Shown: positions 45,729 through 56,142 of the stretch, in pieces
How positions within the stretch are numbered: position 1 is the stretch's first letter
How the letters are laid out: every line of letters starts with the position of its first letter
Virus record (IMG/VR): IMGVR_UViG_3300025144_000001
Coordinates: 1 to 63,240 of that record
Length of the DNA: 63,240 nt
Strand: one strand, 5' to 3'
Origin: a virus
Taxonomy: Duplodnaviria > Caudoviricetes
Notes under the pieces: model-generated
What the model was told of the DNA's origin: nothing
The model's database searches: none
What the model saw: the letters and a program-made list of their open reading frames with translations, nothing else
Position numbers and translations under genes: made by a program

Positions 45729-47252
45729 CTACTCAGCCCCCGTCAACCTATATTTCGGGTGAACCAAATCTTCCGCGAACAATTGACCCTTCAAATACAT
45801 TTTCTGAAAAACCTTCTGAAACTCCTCCGTCGAGTAACCTGCTGCAACCGCTAATTCTTGAAGTTCTTCTCGACTTCGCGGCCCATTCTCCAATGCATCC
45901 TCTATAACTTCGTTAAGTTTGGGTTTGGTGGAAATAGTTGTAGTTGGTGTGGGGGGTTGTTTTCCATTCATTGTCGAAACTTTTTCCAGTATTTCGTTAG
46001 ACGGAGAGATTAGTGGAGTTTGTATTGACCCCCCACCTTGACTACTACTAATTTCACCGGGGATTATGAGGTAGCGGCGTCGGTCAGTTGGATCGGGTTC
46101 CAATAGTATTAAACCAGCGGCCTCTAGTGCGGGTTCAATTTGGTCGTGCCACTTCCATTTCGGCAGTGGCTTGTGGTACACTTCGCGGTAGGTCTTTTGC
46201 ACGGTCTTGACTTCAACGCCGGTTTCGTATTTTTGCAATAACGGTTGAATTACCCGTAGGTACACGTTATAGTTTCCTGGGCTGATTCCGAGTTGGTTTG
46301 GTTTGCTGATTTCTTGGTAAAGTTGCCAGGCTTGCTCTCCGTCTTCAGTGGTTGCGGTGATGGTGGGGATTTTTCCCTCGGTTTTTCGCCGTGGGCTTTT
46401 CAAGAGGGCGATTGCGTTTGTTAGGCTTATTAGACGTTTGAAGTCTCGCATTGATCTTGCACTTAGAGTGTTGTTGTCGGTGTATTTTAACGCCAAATCT
46501 CCTGCTGTTGGAAACGATACCACGCGTCCGCACTGGTTGTCCCGTATGTCTCGGATGTATTTCATCAAGTATTGGCGGTATTGGCTTCCGCTGATTGTTC
46601 CATCATATTTGTACGGATTTATTGCTCGGTGGCTTATGAGGGCGATTGACTTGAATATTTTTTCCTCCTCTTCACCGGGGGTTAGGATGAAGCTTCTGGT
46701 GGCTTGCTCCTCGCTTACGTTAAGTTTAGCTGTGCAGAAGATTACTGCGGGCCAGCCGCGTAGGATTACTGTTTTTGTGCGGAGTCTTCCTTTCCCCATT
46801 TTGTCGGTTATCTTATACTTTAGTTCGAAGTCGTCGTGGCTTAACAGCGGTTTTAGCCTCTCCAATAGTTGGTCGTTGGGTTGATCGAGGAAGATGAGAA
46901 TTTTACGCGTTAACTCCACTATGACTTCATGTGCTTCCTTGTCATATTTGCCGTATTCATGGAAGAATGCGGTCGCCGATGCACCGGCAAGTTTCAGTAA
47001 GTCTTCTTTCGGGAAAAGGTGCGCTATTTGGAGGACATCATGTGTTTTCCCGATGCTTGTGTCGCCTTTCATTAGAATGTTCAGTTGGTCCTCGGCGCTA
47101 TATGCGCTTAACATTGCTAGGAATGTGATGAGTTTTGTTGCGCGGTCATGCTTGATAGTTTGGGAAAGCACTTTTTCCGCAAGCTCCAACGGGTCCAACT
47201 GCTCCGCTGCAGCTAGATCGCCGTCGTTTTCCCCTAACTCAAATTCACTCAT
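45729..47252 (-). CDS. P-loop ATPase, probable replicative helicase, with C-terminal winged helix
   Basis: GDTSIGKT Walker A, LIFLDQ Walker B, TRS, RDFKR; low-complexity linker then wHTH-like tail. Confidence 0.7.
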   Translation of the reverse strand: MSEFELGENDGDLAAAEQLDPLELAEKVLSQTIKHDRATKLITFLAMLSAYSAEDQLNILMKGDTSIGKTHDVLQIAHLFPKEDLLKLAGASATAFFHEYGKYDKEAHEVIVELTRKILIFLDQPNDQLLERLKPLLSHDDFELKYKITDKMGKGRLRTKTVILRGWPAVIFCTAKLNVSEEQATRSFILTPGEEEEKIFKSIALISHRAINPYKYDGTISGSQYRQYLMKYIRDIRDNQCGRVVSFPTAGDLALKYTDNNTLSARSMRDFKRLISLTNAIALLKSPRRKTEGKIPTITATTEDGEQAWQLYQEISKPNQLGISPGNYNVYLRVIQPLLQKYETGVEVKTVQKTYREVYHKPLPKWKWHDQIEPALEAAGLILLEPDPTDRRRYLIIPGEISSSQGGGSIQTPLISPSNEILEKVSTMNGKQPPTPTTTISTKPKLNEVIEDALENGPRSREELQELAVAAGYSTEEFQKVFQKMYLKGQLFAEDLVHPKYRLTGAE

Positions 47253-47290
47253 GCTTTCAAATCAACCCCATACCTGAAAACATGTTTTTG

Positions 47291-47320
47291 CGTCATTTCG
47301 TCATTTGTCATTCGTCATTT
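47291..47320. repeat. Four tandem (C)GTCATT(T) repeats, iteron-like
   Basis: CGTCATTT-CGTCATTT-GTCATT-CGTCATTT directly upstream of the helicase-like gene. Confidence 0.75.
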
Positions 47321-47327
47321 CACCGTT

Positions 47328-48014
47328 TTATATTGGGGATGGTGTGAGTGGGGTTGGTTTTTGCGGGATGGGGCATTGGTTGCGGTAGTGGCAGTTGGTG
47401 CATTTGTATGGTTTGGGTGGGATTGGTTGGGCGGTGCCGTTGTAGGTGTCGATTATGGTGTTGAGGTTACGTTCGACTACGGCTTCGTGGAATGGTACAT
47501 ATATGGGTTCGTCGATGGGGCGGCTATCTTTGCTGCTTAAGTAGTGGATTTCGTGTTGTGATGCAATTTGAAAAGGGCGGTAAATTATGATTTTTGGGAG
47601 AAGTGGCTTTAAGATCCATGCGTATATTTGAACTTGGAAGATGTAGGGGCTTGCGTAGAACCAATCCAACCCAGCGCCAGCGGTTGTTTTAACTTCAATT
47701 ATTATGAAGTTCCAGTAATGTAGGCGGAAGTCGTCGATGTCTCCGAAAATGTCAAAGTTCCTTAACTGTCGGTGAAAATATTTCTGTCCCTTCTTAAACT
47801 TTGATTCAACCTTAAAGTATTGTAGGGCGTTCCAAACACCTTGTTCCCGCGGGCTTTTCGGCCGTGAAGTCGCCCACTTATGTATCTCGGTTCCACGGTT
47901 ATGCGCTTTCGTTGACGGCGGGTAAACTCCGTGCAATTGAAACAAACATTGTTGGCTACAGTAAAACCATCTGCTCAATGTGGATGCATGTGCTTCAACT
48001 AGCATTTCACTCAT
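47328..48014 (-). CDS. Cas4-like PD-(D/E)xK exonuclease with Fe-S cluster
   Basis: YC, GTEIH, GDID, IEVKT, QVQIY, CTNC.....C; not CRISPR-linked. Confidence 0.85.
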   Translation of the reverse strand: MSEMLVEAHASTLSRWFYCSQQCLFQLHGVYPPSTKAHNRGTEIHKWATSRPKSPREQGVWNALQYFKVESKFKKGQKYFHRQLRNFDIFGDIDDFRLHYWNFIIIEVKTTAGAGLDWFYASPYIFQVQIYAWILKPLLPKIIIYRPFQIASQHEIHYLSSKDSRPIDEPIYVPFHEAVVERNLNTIIDTYNGTAQPIPPKPYKCTNCHYRNQCPIPQKPTPLTPSPI

Positions 48015-48122
48015 TCCAATGTTAGCCTCCGTATTAGCGGTGTGAACGTGCATATGATCGCGAGCAAGGCAACCCACGCTACGATAACCGCAACTTGCAC
48101 CGCCATGTCGTGGAACACCCAG

Positions 48123-49220
48123 TCAACCAAACTCATCTAACTTCACCATGAAATCGGCTAGTCGGTTACGCGCCATCTCACAGTAGTCGCGGTTAATGTC
48201 TACGCCTATCCATCGGCGATTCAGTTTCGCCGCAACCAGACAAGTCGTACCGCTACCGCAGAAAGGATCAAGCACAATGCCGTCGGGCGGACACGCGGCT
48301 TTAATCGGCATAACGCAGAGATCCTCGGGGAAAACTGCGAAGTGAGCATCCTTAAACGGCTTAGTGTTAATCGACCAAAAATCACCGGGATTAGCACCGT
48401 CAGGATGAAATCCGTCTTCATTGAAGTAGCCTGAATGTCGGCCTCCAATTGCATATTGCCCGCTTTCACTCTTGTAAACGTCGCCGGGGTTTTTGCCAAG
48501 CGGCTTTGGCCATCTTTCATGTGGTCCAATTGATTTATCATGGGGACCGCCGAGATATTTTGTTTGTTTTCTCCCGTCATATTGATGTGGTTGCCGTATC
48601 GCATCCAAATCAAAGTAGTATTTGCGGTTCTTCACGAAATGGTAGATGCGCTCCGTCTTCTCCGTCAACCGATCTCGAACGCTTTCAGGCATAGCATTAC
48701 TTTTATACCACGTTATTTCATTCCGCAAAATCCACCCGTCTTCCTGCAGGGCGATGGCGACACGGGCGGGAATCATCAACTTCTGCTTCGGAGTCAACCA
48801 ATTAGACAAAGGTTCGCGGTGAACTAATCCTTTCGCATCATCACAGGAGAAGAATCCTTTATTGGTTAGTTGTTCCGAGCTAGACCCTAAATCGCTTTTG
48901 CTTCTACCCGTTACACTTCCATAATATGTGTCGCCTAGCACGAGGTACATGGAACCGTCTTTCCGCAACACACGCCGCAATTCACGGCAAACTGCTACGA
49001 GATGCTGAATGTAAAGCGATGGGTGAGGCTCAAGACCCAACTGACCACGCCAAGCACCACACCAAATTGCTTCCGTACTTGAACCGTAATCCCTCAATCC
49101 CCAATACGGCGGACTTGTCATAATCACGTGAATGGATTCGTCTGGTAATTGCTTCGTAAAAGCCATTACGTCTGAGCAATGGATTTTATTCACAAGGTCA
49201 ACAAGGCTCGATGCCGTCAC
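48123..49220 (-). CDS. DNA methyltransferase, beta class (N4-cytosine likely)
   Basis: TSPPY precedes DPFCGSGTT; HFAVFP. Confidence 0.92.
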   Translation of the reverse strand: MTASSLVDLVNKIHCSDVMAFTKQLPDESIHVIMTSPPYWGLRDYGSSTEAIWCGAWRGQLGLEPHPSLYIQHLVAVCRELRRVLRKDGSMYLVLGDTYYGSVTGRSKSDLGSSSEQLTNKGFFSCDDAKGLVHREPLSNWLTPKQKLMIPARVAIALQEDGWILRNEITWYKSNAMPESVRDRLTEKTERIYHFVKNRKYYFDLDAIRQPHQYDGRKQTKYLGGPHDKSIGPHERWPKPLGKNPGDVYKSESGQYAIGGRHSGYFNEDGFHPDGANPGDFWSINTKPFKDAHFAVFPEDLCVMPIKAACPPDGIVLDPFCGSGTTCLVAAKLNRRWIGVDINRDYCEMARNRLADFMVKLDEFG

Positions 49221-49411
49221 CTCCGTTTAGTTTCACCTACTTGCTTGTTTTGCGTTTCGGCGTGTCGAGGCGGAAGATTACGTAGCATATGAGCAGCATG
49301 ATGAACCATACGAGTGGGATGAGTGTGATTGGGATTTCCGCGAAGCAAGCTACTGCGATTAGGAGTAGTAAATAAATTTCAAGGAACGATAGCAGTTGAC
49401 CCATTCCCCAT

Positions 49412-50233
49412 TCATTCGCTTATGTGTATGTCGTATCGGTAGGGGTCGATTTCGATGACTGCTATGCCGATTTTGCTCGGTTCCAAGTTTTTCTTTTCAA
49501 TGTAGCTTGTGGTGCCGACTTGATGTCCGCGCAAGAAGCCGCCGGTTAAAACGTAGGCTTTCTTATATTCCCGTATTTTAGTGGATGTCGGGTTGTGCTG
49601 TAAGCCTAATTGTATTTTGCGCCAGCCTTGTAAGTGGTGGATGTGCCCCATTAGGTAGATGTCGGCGATGTAGTCGTCGGCTATGTCTTCGAGTCGGTTT
49701 GTTGCGCCGCCTAGTCGTCTTCCCGAATAGTATCCGTGTGTGCTGAATATTGTCAGTCCACGTTTGTCGTGGCCAGCCGTTCTTTGTTTCCATCGGGTGT
49801 TCATCATTTGTAGATGTGTGAAAGCTTCCCAACCGAGATATTTGACACCTAACGGCTTACATAGGTCTTCAATCACATAGTCGTGAAAGTGCCGTTTCCG
49901 AAGAACATCATCATGGTTGCCGACATGCAAACCGATGCAACGGTCTTTAATCTTCTCAAACTGCTCGTATATTTCCCCGTACTGTTGGTCGGGAATCATG
50001 CAGTTCACATCTACTTCCGCGTAGTCCCATCGTTTCTCGTCGTGGCTTGGAACAATGCTGTCACCGTAGTCGCCCATGCCAATCCAAAAGCACTTCGGGT
50101 CCCGCTTAATCCACTCGATGATTTCAATGAGCTTCGCCCAATCGCAGTTCTTATGTCCGCGATGGATGTCGCCTAATGGGACAAGTCGAACCAGTTCACC
50201 CTCACAATCAATTGTGAACCTATGAATTTCCAA
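49412..50233 (-). CDS. Calcineurin-like metallophosphoesterase
   Basis: GDIH, GD, GNHD, HG, GHIH. Confidence 0.9.
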   Translation of the reverse strand: MEIHRFTIDCEGELVRLVPLGDIHRGHKNCDWAKLIEIIEWIKRDPKCFWIGMGDYGDSIVPSHDEKRWDYAEVDVNCMIPDQQYGEIYEQFEKIKDRCIGLHVGNHDDVLRKRHFHDYVIEDLCKPLGVKYLGWEAFTHLQMMNTRWKQRTAGHDKRGLTIFSTHGYYSGRRLGGATNRLEDIADDYIADIYLMGHIHHLQGWRKIQLGLQHNPTSTKIREYKKAYVLTGGFLRGHQVGTTSYIEKKNLEPSKIGIAVIEIDPYRYDIHISE

Positions 50234-50785
50234 TCACTCATCTTTCTCCTTTTGTTTTCTTTCTTCACGTCGAATCTGCTTCATTCTTTCAACGGTTAAA
50301 AAACTTGAACGGGGGTCGTTGAACGGTTGGTCGTTGAGGTTTCCACGCATGTATTCAATGAACGACCAAAGCCATTTGCGGAATCCGTAGCGGTTGTTTT
50401 CGATTTCAGCCCATTGTATCAGGTCTTCGGCGATGTGGATGACTGCGTAGCCCATTCGGTCGCGTAATATGTGGTCGGTTACGTTGTCGCGGTCAATCTG
50501 TTTGGCGTCCTCGTGGGGTTTTCCGTCAACGTAGATTGCGACTTTATCTTTTTCATACAGGAAATCGGGTTTCGTACCCTTTCGGCCAGTTTCAACTTGC
50601 ACGTCCTCGGTGAACTCTATGAAGTGTTGCGGTTGGTTGTTCGGGGGTGGGGTGGGTTCAAGTTTGAATGCGGTGTCGCTGTAAAGAAATTTCCGTACGC
50701 GCATCTCGAGGCTTGTGTCCTGCGGAATCTTGCGCGGATCTATTTTCTGGGCGACAATCGGGTATAATGCGTAGCTTCTACTCAT
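50234..50785 (-). CDS. Vsr/DUF559-like endonuclease
   Basis: PDF...AIYVDG.PH...DRD...D..LR..GY.VIHI. Confidence 0.75.
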   Translation of the reverse strand: MSRSYALYPIVAQKIDPRKIPQDTSLEMRVRKFLYSDTAFKLEPTPPPNNQPQHFIEFTEDVQVETGRKGTKPDFLYEKDKVAIYVDGKPHEDAKQIDRDNVTDHILRDRMGYAVIHIAEDLIQWAEIENNRYGFRKWLWSFIEYMRGNLNDQPFNDPRSSFLTVERMKQIRREERKQKEKDE

Positions 50786-51571
50786 TCACTTATCCTCATA
50801 TTTTTCGTAATAGCGCCTAATCTGACAGTCGTAGACTTCGAGGTTGCCCTTTTCAGCGAATGCGATTACAAGTGTGTCCCCAGTCATTGCGAGTCCAACA
50901 AGTCTTTTACGGGCTTCCGCAACGCAGCGCGCGGCCATTTGGTCGCGTTCGGCTTCACTTATTTCAACCGCAACATGCGGCTTCAACACAAACTCACTCA
51001 TCGCATTAGCCTCTCCTGCAACTTATCCAACAGTGGGCAATCGTAACGAAAATCGCAGTATGTGCAACTCCACCAATCGAGGTGGTCTCGCATATAATTG
51101 CAGTCCTCCTTTAGTCCTTCGGGTGGTAGTCGCTTCTTCCGCATGGCCGTCGCTTCCACTCTTCCAGTTTGTTCGGGTTCATTTTCCGAATAAAATCAGC
51201 GTAACCGCATGGAAATATGGCGCAGGTGTTGCAATTGCGACTTTCATCAAATAGCTTACTCATTTTCAATACCCCGCTTTCCTTAGTTTATCCAATGCTT
51301 GTTTCCGCGTTAAACCTTCCTTCCTCATCAGGTCGCGGATCATGTCTTTCAAATCGCATTTACGCGCTGGCATCCTGTTTCACTTTCACTACGAGTATTG
51401 CTTGTTCGGGATCCCATTCTTCGGGGTTCGGTGTGCTTCGGCACCGCTTCAACTTGAAGTAGTATCGGCCGTAATCGTCTTTACCGCAAACTTGAACGGT
51501 TGCGATTCCCAATGTTCCTACGCCAAGTCGATCACGAATGCGACGGCACATTCCATCCGCCACACAATCGC

Positions 51572-51919
51572 TCATGCTTGTGGACTCCCAATGGTTCGCT
51601 TCGGTCCCTGCTTCTTCAATTCGTCATCGATGGCTTGGCTTAGTTCGCCTTTCGTGAACGATTCGGGGTCTTTGATTCCAAGGCGTTTGGCGAATGCGAT
51701 CTGCTTCGGTGTGGGGAAATATTCAGTTCCTTCGGGTGGTAATGGTTTGTGTGGTTGTGCCGCCGTTTGAGGGGTCGATGGCATTATAACCCCGGGGGGA
51801 TGCTTTTCAGGCACATTCACCGATTGACCCTCTTGCGGTTTCGGCACGGACACCGTTATCATGTATGTGCGGTCGGCTGAAATCCATTGGTGAATAATCT
51901 TCCACTCGGTTTCGCTCAT
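51572..51919 (-). CDS. Hypothetical protein with PTPKQI..A..LG helical motif
   Basis: C-terminal PTPKQIAFAKRLGI...TKGELSQAID. Confidence 0.55.
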   Translation of the reverse strand: MSETEWKIIHQWISADRTYMITVSVPKPQEGQSVNVPEKHPPGVIMPSTPQTAAQPHKPLPPEGTEYFPTPKQIAFAKRLGIKDPESFTKGELSQAIDDELKKQGPKRTIGSPQA

Positions 51920-52356
51920 TCGCTACCATCCTTCCAAGTAGTCACATACCTTCAACGCAACGGCAAGTGCGCATACGCTACCGCTGGCACCGCAGAGAAA
52001 TGGGCTGAGAAGGAGGGAAAGTGCGAAGAAGGCGGAGATAGTGGCGCATCCTGAAGCTATAGTTATTGCGTATCGCAGTAACCTATTTTTCACTCTCATG
52101 TTTTATCATCCCTCATTTTAACAGTCGAGCTTTTTTCGAGTTGAGGTGTACTTGGACACTTCTATGAGAGCTAGGGCAAGCGTTGGAAAATACCTGTGTT
52201 CACAATCGAAATCTGAGTAGAGGATGTAGCCGTTGCGTACTCGCTTCAAGTGAAAGACTAATTCGACGCCATTTTCATCGAATGTTTCTATAGTGAGGAA
52301 TTGAAACATTTTTGGTCGGAGAAGGTGACGAGTGTGAGGGATGGTTTAAGTATGTG

Positions 52357-52593
52357 TCAGGTTTTGTTTGTCGGTGTATGCTTGGGAAAAATGAGAAATT
52401 TGCGGATGTCATCTTTATCCCGCGCCACATGAATTAGGTCATGTGCTTCAAGCCACTTCACGATGACGCTGGCTTCCTGTCGGCTGATGTCGAGGCGCGC
52501 GGAGATTCCTTCGTAATCTAGTTTTCCTTCGCGTAAAAGGTGGTAGTACAACTGTGCGCGGCTGTCTGGACACAACCTCAAGAATCGAAGCAA
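52357..52593 (-). CDS. Winged-helix (MarR-like) DNA-binding protein
   Basis: ISARLDISRQEAS.IV..LE...LI...D..D.R. Confidence 0.65.
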   Translation of the reverse strand: MLRFLRLCPDSRAQLYYHLLREGKLDYEGISARLDISRQEASVIVKWLEAHDLIHVARDKDDIRKFLIFPKHTPTNKT

Positions 52594-52597
52594 ATCT

Positions 52598-52978
52598 TCA
52601 GCCGAAAAGTTTCAAGTCCTCCTTCAACTTGTCGTTTAGGGTGGGGTTGACTAGGTTTTTGCCGAGAAGGCCTTGGCGTTTCAATGTGTGTTCCAGCACA
52701 TTGGCGTCGTAGTCGAGTTTACGCTTCCACTTCTTGAGCCAAACCTGTCGGTGTTTGCGGTTTGGAAGCTTATTGGCGTTAATCAACGTGTAAATGTTCG
52801 CGTGCGCGCAGTCCTGATGCTTCACCAGCACATATTCGTTTCGCCAGCGACCAAGACGGGCACCGACAATATGCGGCTCCAAATGTACGAGGCGACCAAC
52901 CTCCCTGGCCGATGCTACTCCGCCAAGCCGACGTAACGCCAAAATCAAATCCAAATCCGGCGAATTCAAATAATTCAA
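52598..52978 (-). CDS. HTH-like basic protein
   Basis: ASAREVG...VGARL. Confidence 0.5.
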   Translation of the reverse strand: MNYLNSPDLDLILALRRLGGVASAREVGRLVHLEPHIVGARLGRWRNEYVLVKHQDCAHANIYTLINANKLPNRKHRQVWLKKWKRKLDYDANVLEHTLKRQGLLGKNLVNPTLNDKLKEDLKLFG

Positions 52979-54319
52979 AGCTCAATCACTCTTGTTCAAG
53001 TCTTCTCCTACTTCTCTCTCTTTCTGCAATTATCTTAGTGACAATTTCAACAACATCTTTGTATGTTGCACCAGGTTCAAATTCTATAATTATTTTCATG
53101 TGTTTCTTCTCACCTCTGCAAGATGCGTTCTTTCCATAGTTTCTACATCCCTGAGCGCGCGAATGGTTGATCTTCAAGGTACGTTCCGTAAAACAATATC
53201 ACGAAGCATATTGTAGTTAGCACACCAAGTATTGTAGTGAAAACTGGATCGTTCGGTATTTGGTCGGGATGGAATACACGCAAGCATAATGCTGCCAAAA
53301 GCGGAAAGCCAATTAAGCCGATTTTCTGTAGCATCGAACCCTCTTCTTCATCGCGTTGATCTCGCGAAATCATTTTCCATATTCCTCCAAAAATTCTTCT
53401 AATTGGTTAGTCTATTTTCCTCCAGTATCCGCAGTAGTTGCCGAATTGGCGTTTGAATTGGTTGAGGTCGCCTTCGAACTGCGCGCGTACAACCACTTGG
53501 TCACTTGTGCTGGCACAAGCGTCTATCACTAATACGCGGCCGCGACGGTGAAGCCAATCCTTAATCGTGTCTATGCGTTCACGGTTCCGATTCATGTAAA
53601 CAACGAACTGCCATAAACTCATCCGATCCTCACCAAACCTTTCTCAATCAACCCTACAACCAGCATGACTATGCAAATCGCAATGCCTAACCCCGCAACA
53701 ACATAAGTCTCCAAAACCCACCTTCTCAAGGCTTCTCCCTCACCTTAAAATAACGACATTTACTTGCTTTCTCATTCCCGTTGAATAAGCAAGATTCATC
53801 GCTCAGTGGGATACGGTTACAAATATAGTAGTGTATTCGACGCTCATACCGAACAGTTTCCGCTTGTTCCCGTCTATATTTACAATTTCTAATTCTCTCG
53901 CTCATCTTATTTCTCCCTCGCCTATCAATCTTGACACTCATTTTCTTTGTGGCTTAGGTAAACGTCTAGGTATCCGAAACTTTGCCCACACCGACATTTG
54001 TATGGATAAGCATCATACCCGCATTCTGCACAGTAACCAGATTCCTCATCGTAATCAGGATTTCCACATGCAGGACATTTCGTTTCTTTAGTTTCGCTCA
54101 TTCGCGTCCAGCTCCTTTCTATTCCTGTGGTAAGTTGTGCAACATTGCCTAACTCCACTTACGAGTCCTTCTTGATTTTGAAGTTGTATCCGATTGTAGT
54201 GATGGTAATTCAAGTAATTATCGTAGGCATCCTGCTTATTAAGGTTTCGTTCATCGTGAACATTCGTTGAACTTCCCGAACCGCAAGCATTATTAGATTT
54301 GACATCAATCTGTTTAAGC

Positions 54320-54451
54320 ATGGAAGATCGGACAACCATTTCATGCGAGCGCAAGACTAAGGAGAGGTTGGAGGGTCTCTTTCCACGTCGTATGGAGTGG
54401 GATGAGTTTTTGAACTGGGTTGCGGATAAAATGGAGAGGGAGAGGAGGTGA
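54320..54451 (+). CDS. Ribbon-helix-helix (CopG-like) regulator (43 aa)
   Basis: Manual translation MEDRTTISCERKTKERLEGL...EWDEFLNWVAD. Confidence 0.65.
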   Translation: MEDRTTISCERKTKERLEGLFPRRMEWDEFLNWVADKMERERR

Positions 54452-54460
54452 GAGAGAAAG

Positions 54461-54772
54461 ATGGGAAGACTTCATAATGTTGCTTGCGTCGTTGCGGCCA
54501 GCTCTGGCGCATTAAACTTCACCCTTGCATTCTTCTACGGATTGATTTCGCAGCGAATCATCTCCAAACTTGACATTCCCTTCAGTGATGGTGAGGCGTA
54601 TCTCCGTGTTCTGGATCAAATTGACATGGCTATGGCTCCGCATATTTGGATGAGTGACCTTTCTATGCTTCTCGGCATCATCTGTCTAGTTGCTGTCGGG
54701 ACCGCCACGTTCACCATACGCCTTAAACCCCGCGCGTATTGCGTTGAATGTGGTGCGAAGATTGAGGCATGA
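54461..54772 (+). CDS. Membrane protein with C-terminal zinc ribbon
   Basis: Two hydrophobic segments; YCVECGAKI; GGAGGTGA SD. Confidence 0.6.
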   Translation: MGRLHNVACVVAASSGALNFTLAFFYGLISQRIISKLDIPFSDGEAYLRVLDQIDMAMAPHIWMSDLSMLLGIICLVAVGTATFTIRLKPRAYCVECGAKIEA

Positions 54773-54781
54773 TATCACCAT

Positions 54782-54805
54782 TTATGGAACATATATGTTC
54801 CATAA
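54782..54805. promoter_or_regulatory. Perfect 24-bp palindrome; candidate recombination site or operator
   Basis: TTATGGAACATA|TATGTTCCATAA, intergenic, about 220 bp upstream of the integrase. Confidence 0.7.
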
Positions 54806-55023
54806 GCCTTCATGGCGCATCGAAAGATATAAGTTCACTTCCAAATAATGAATGAAAGACGTTGCTAAATCTAAACGAACTATTTGCGTAAAAAAGGTTG
54901 AGAGGTGAATGATCGAAATACAATTTTTAAGCGATTATAAGGCAAAAAGGCGTTAATCACTGGATACGATGGGGGGAAAGGCTAATAATGGTGTTGCCTG
55001 ATAGTCTTTTGGGGTAATTTAGG

Positions 55024-56031
55024 TTGGAGCGTTGGTTGAGTCGGCTGTCGGCGGGTAGTGGTAGGGTTCGCCGTTACGCGTTTTTGGCGTTTTGTCGTGC
55101 TTTGAATGTTTCACCTGAAGTGCTTTTGGATGAGGCTAAGGCGGACGGCTACTTTGTTTTGGATTTGATTCAGGATTATGTGAAGGCTTATCCTGGGACT
55201 TTGCGTTACAAGAAGCGGATTTACGGGGACCTGTGCAGTTTCTTTCTTCATAACCGTTGTGCGCTTCCGCGGGATCGTTTTCAAGTTCGCGGTGATAAGC
55301 TTCCTGTGGTTCCGCGTTTGACGCCGGCCGATGTGCGGTCGATTGCTTTGATGGCGGGGTTGCGTGATCGCTCGATGGTTATGTGTGGGTTTATGGGTTT
55401 CATGGGGATAAGGGAGCTTTTGCACATGAATACACAATGGTCCAACATTAAGCCGCAACTCGAGGGAGATTTGGTTCGCGTTGATTTTCCACAGGGCCGT
55501 AAGTCGAATTCAGCGCCGTACTACACGTTGTTTGGCGGCGATGCGTTGCAGTGTTTGCGTGAGTATTTGGGTAAGGTTCGCGGGTTCGGTGATGGTCCCG
55601 TTTGGACGGTTAAGGGGGGTTCACCTATTTCAAGCAACGCGTATTGGGGGGCTTGGACGACGCTTACGCAGCGGCTGCTGCTTCGACCGAAACCGAATCG
55701 TGAGCGGCGGTGTTACGGCGTGAATATTCATGAGATGCGAGATTTGGCGCGGAGTGTTTGGCATAAGTCGGGTGCAGATAAGGATGTGGCTGAGTTTATG
55801 ATGGGTCATACGGTTGACCGAAACAAGTACGATAAGATCTACACCTTGGACCCGGAATGGGTTAAATCCGAGTATATGAAGGCTTTACCGTACCTGAATA
55901 TTTTTTCGCGCCAAGAAGCGTCGAAGGAAGCAAGCGAGGAATTAAAGCAGATGCGCGAAGAATTGTCGAAGATGCGGGAAGCCTTCAAACTCCTAAAAGA
56001 CCGCAACATCCTTGATTACGATCTACTTTAA
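55024..56031 (+). CDS. Tyrosine recombinase/integrase
   Basis: RDRSM, GRK, HEMR (HxxR), MGH, Y; C-terminal coiled coil; box I Arg appears substituted. Confidence 0.85.
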   Translation: MERWLSRLSAGSGRVRRYAFLAFCRALNVSPEVLLDEAKADGYFVLDLIQDYVKAYPGTLRYKKRIYGDLCSFFLHNRCALPRDRFQVRGDKLPVVPRLTPADVRSIALMAGLRDRSMVMCGFMGFMGIRELLHMNTQWSNIKPQLEGDLVRVDFPQGRKSNSAPYYTLFGGDALQCLREYLGKVRGFGDGPVWTVKGGSPISSNAYWGAWTTLTQRLLLRPKPNRERRCYGVNIHEMRDLARSVWHKSGADKDVAEFMMGHTVDRNKYDKIYTLDPEWVKSEYMKALPYLNIFSRQEASKEASEELKQMREELSKMREAFKLLKDRNILDYDLL

Positions 56032-56142
56032 GAAAGCTATCCCTCTAGTTTATCTAGTATCCCTAAAAGCGATAAATCACTTGCTTTATAAAGCGTTTGC
56101 TTTAGATAGAGTCCTCCCTACGTTCTCCCACTCCAAAACACT

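Noticed and set aside
47328-48014. Cas4-like gene as evidence of a CRISPR-Cas system
   Set aside because: No other cas genes or repeat-spacer array were seen. Solo Cas4-like nucleases are common in archaeal viruses.
1486-53216. Numerous plus-strand ORFs in the ORF track
   Set aside because: They are antisense shadows of well-supported minus-strand genes and lack motifs or ribosome-binding sites.
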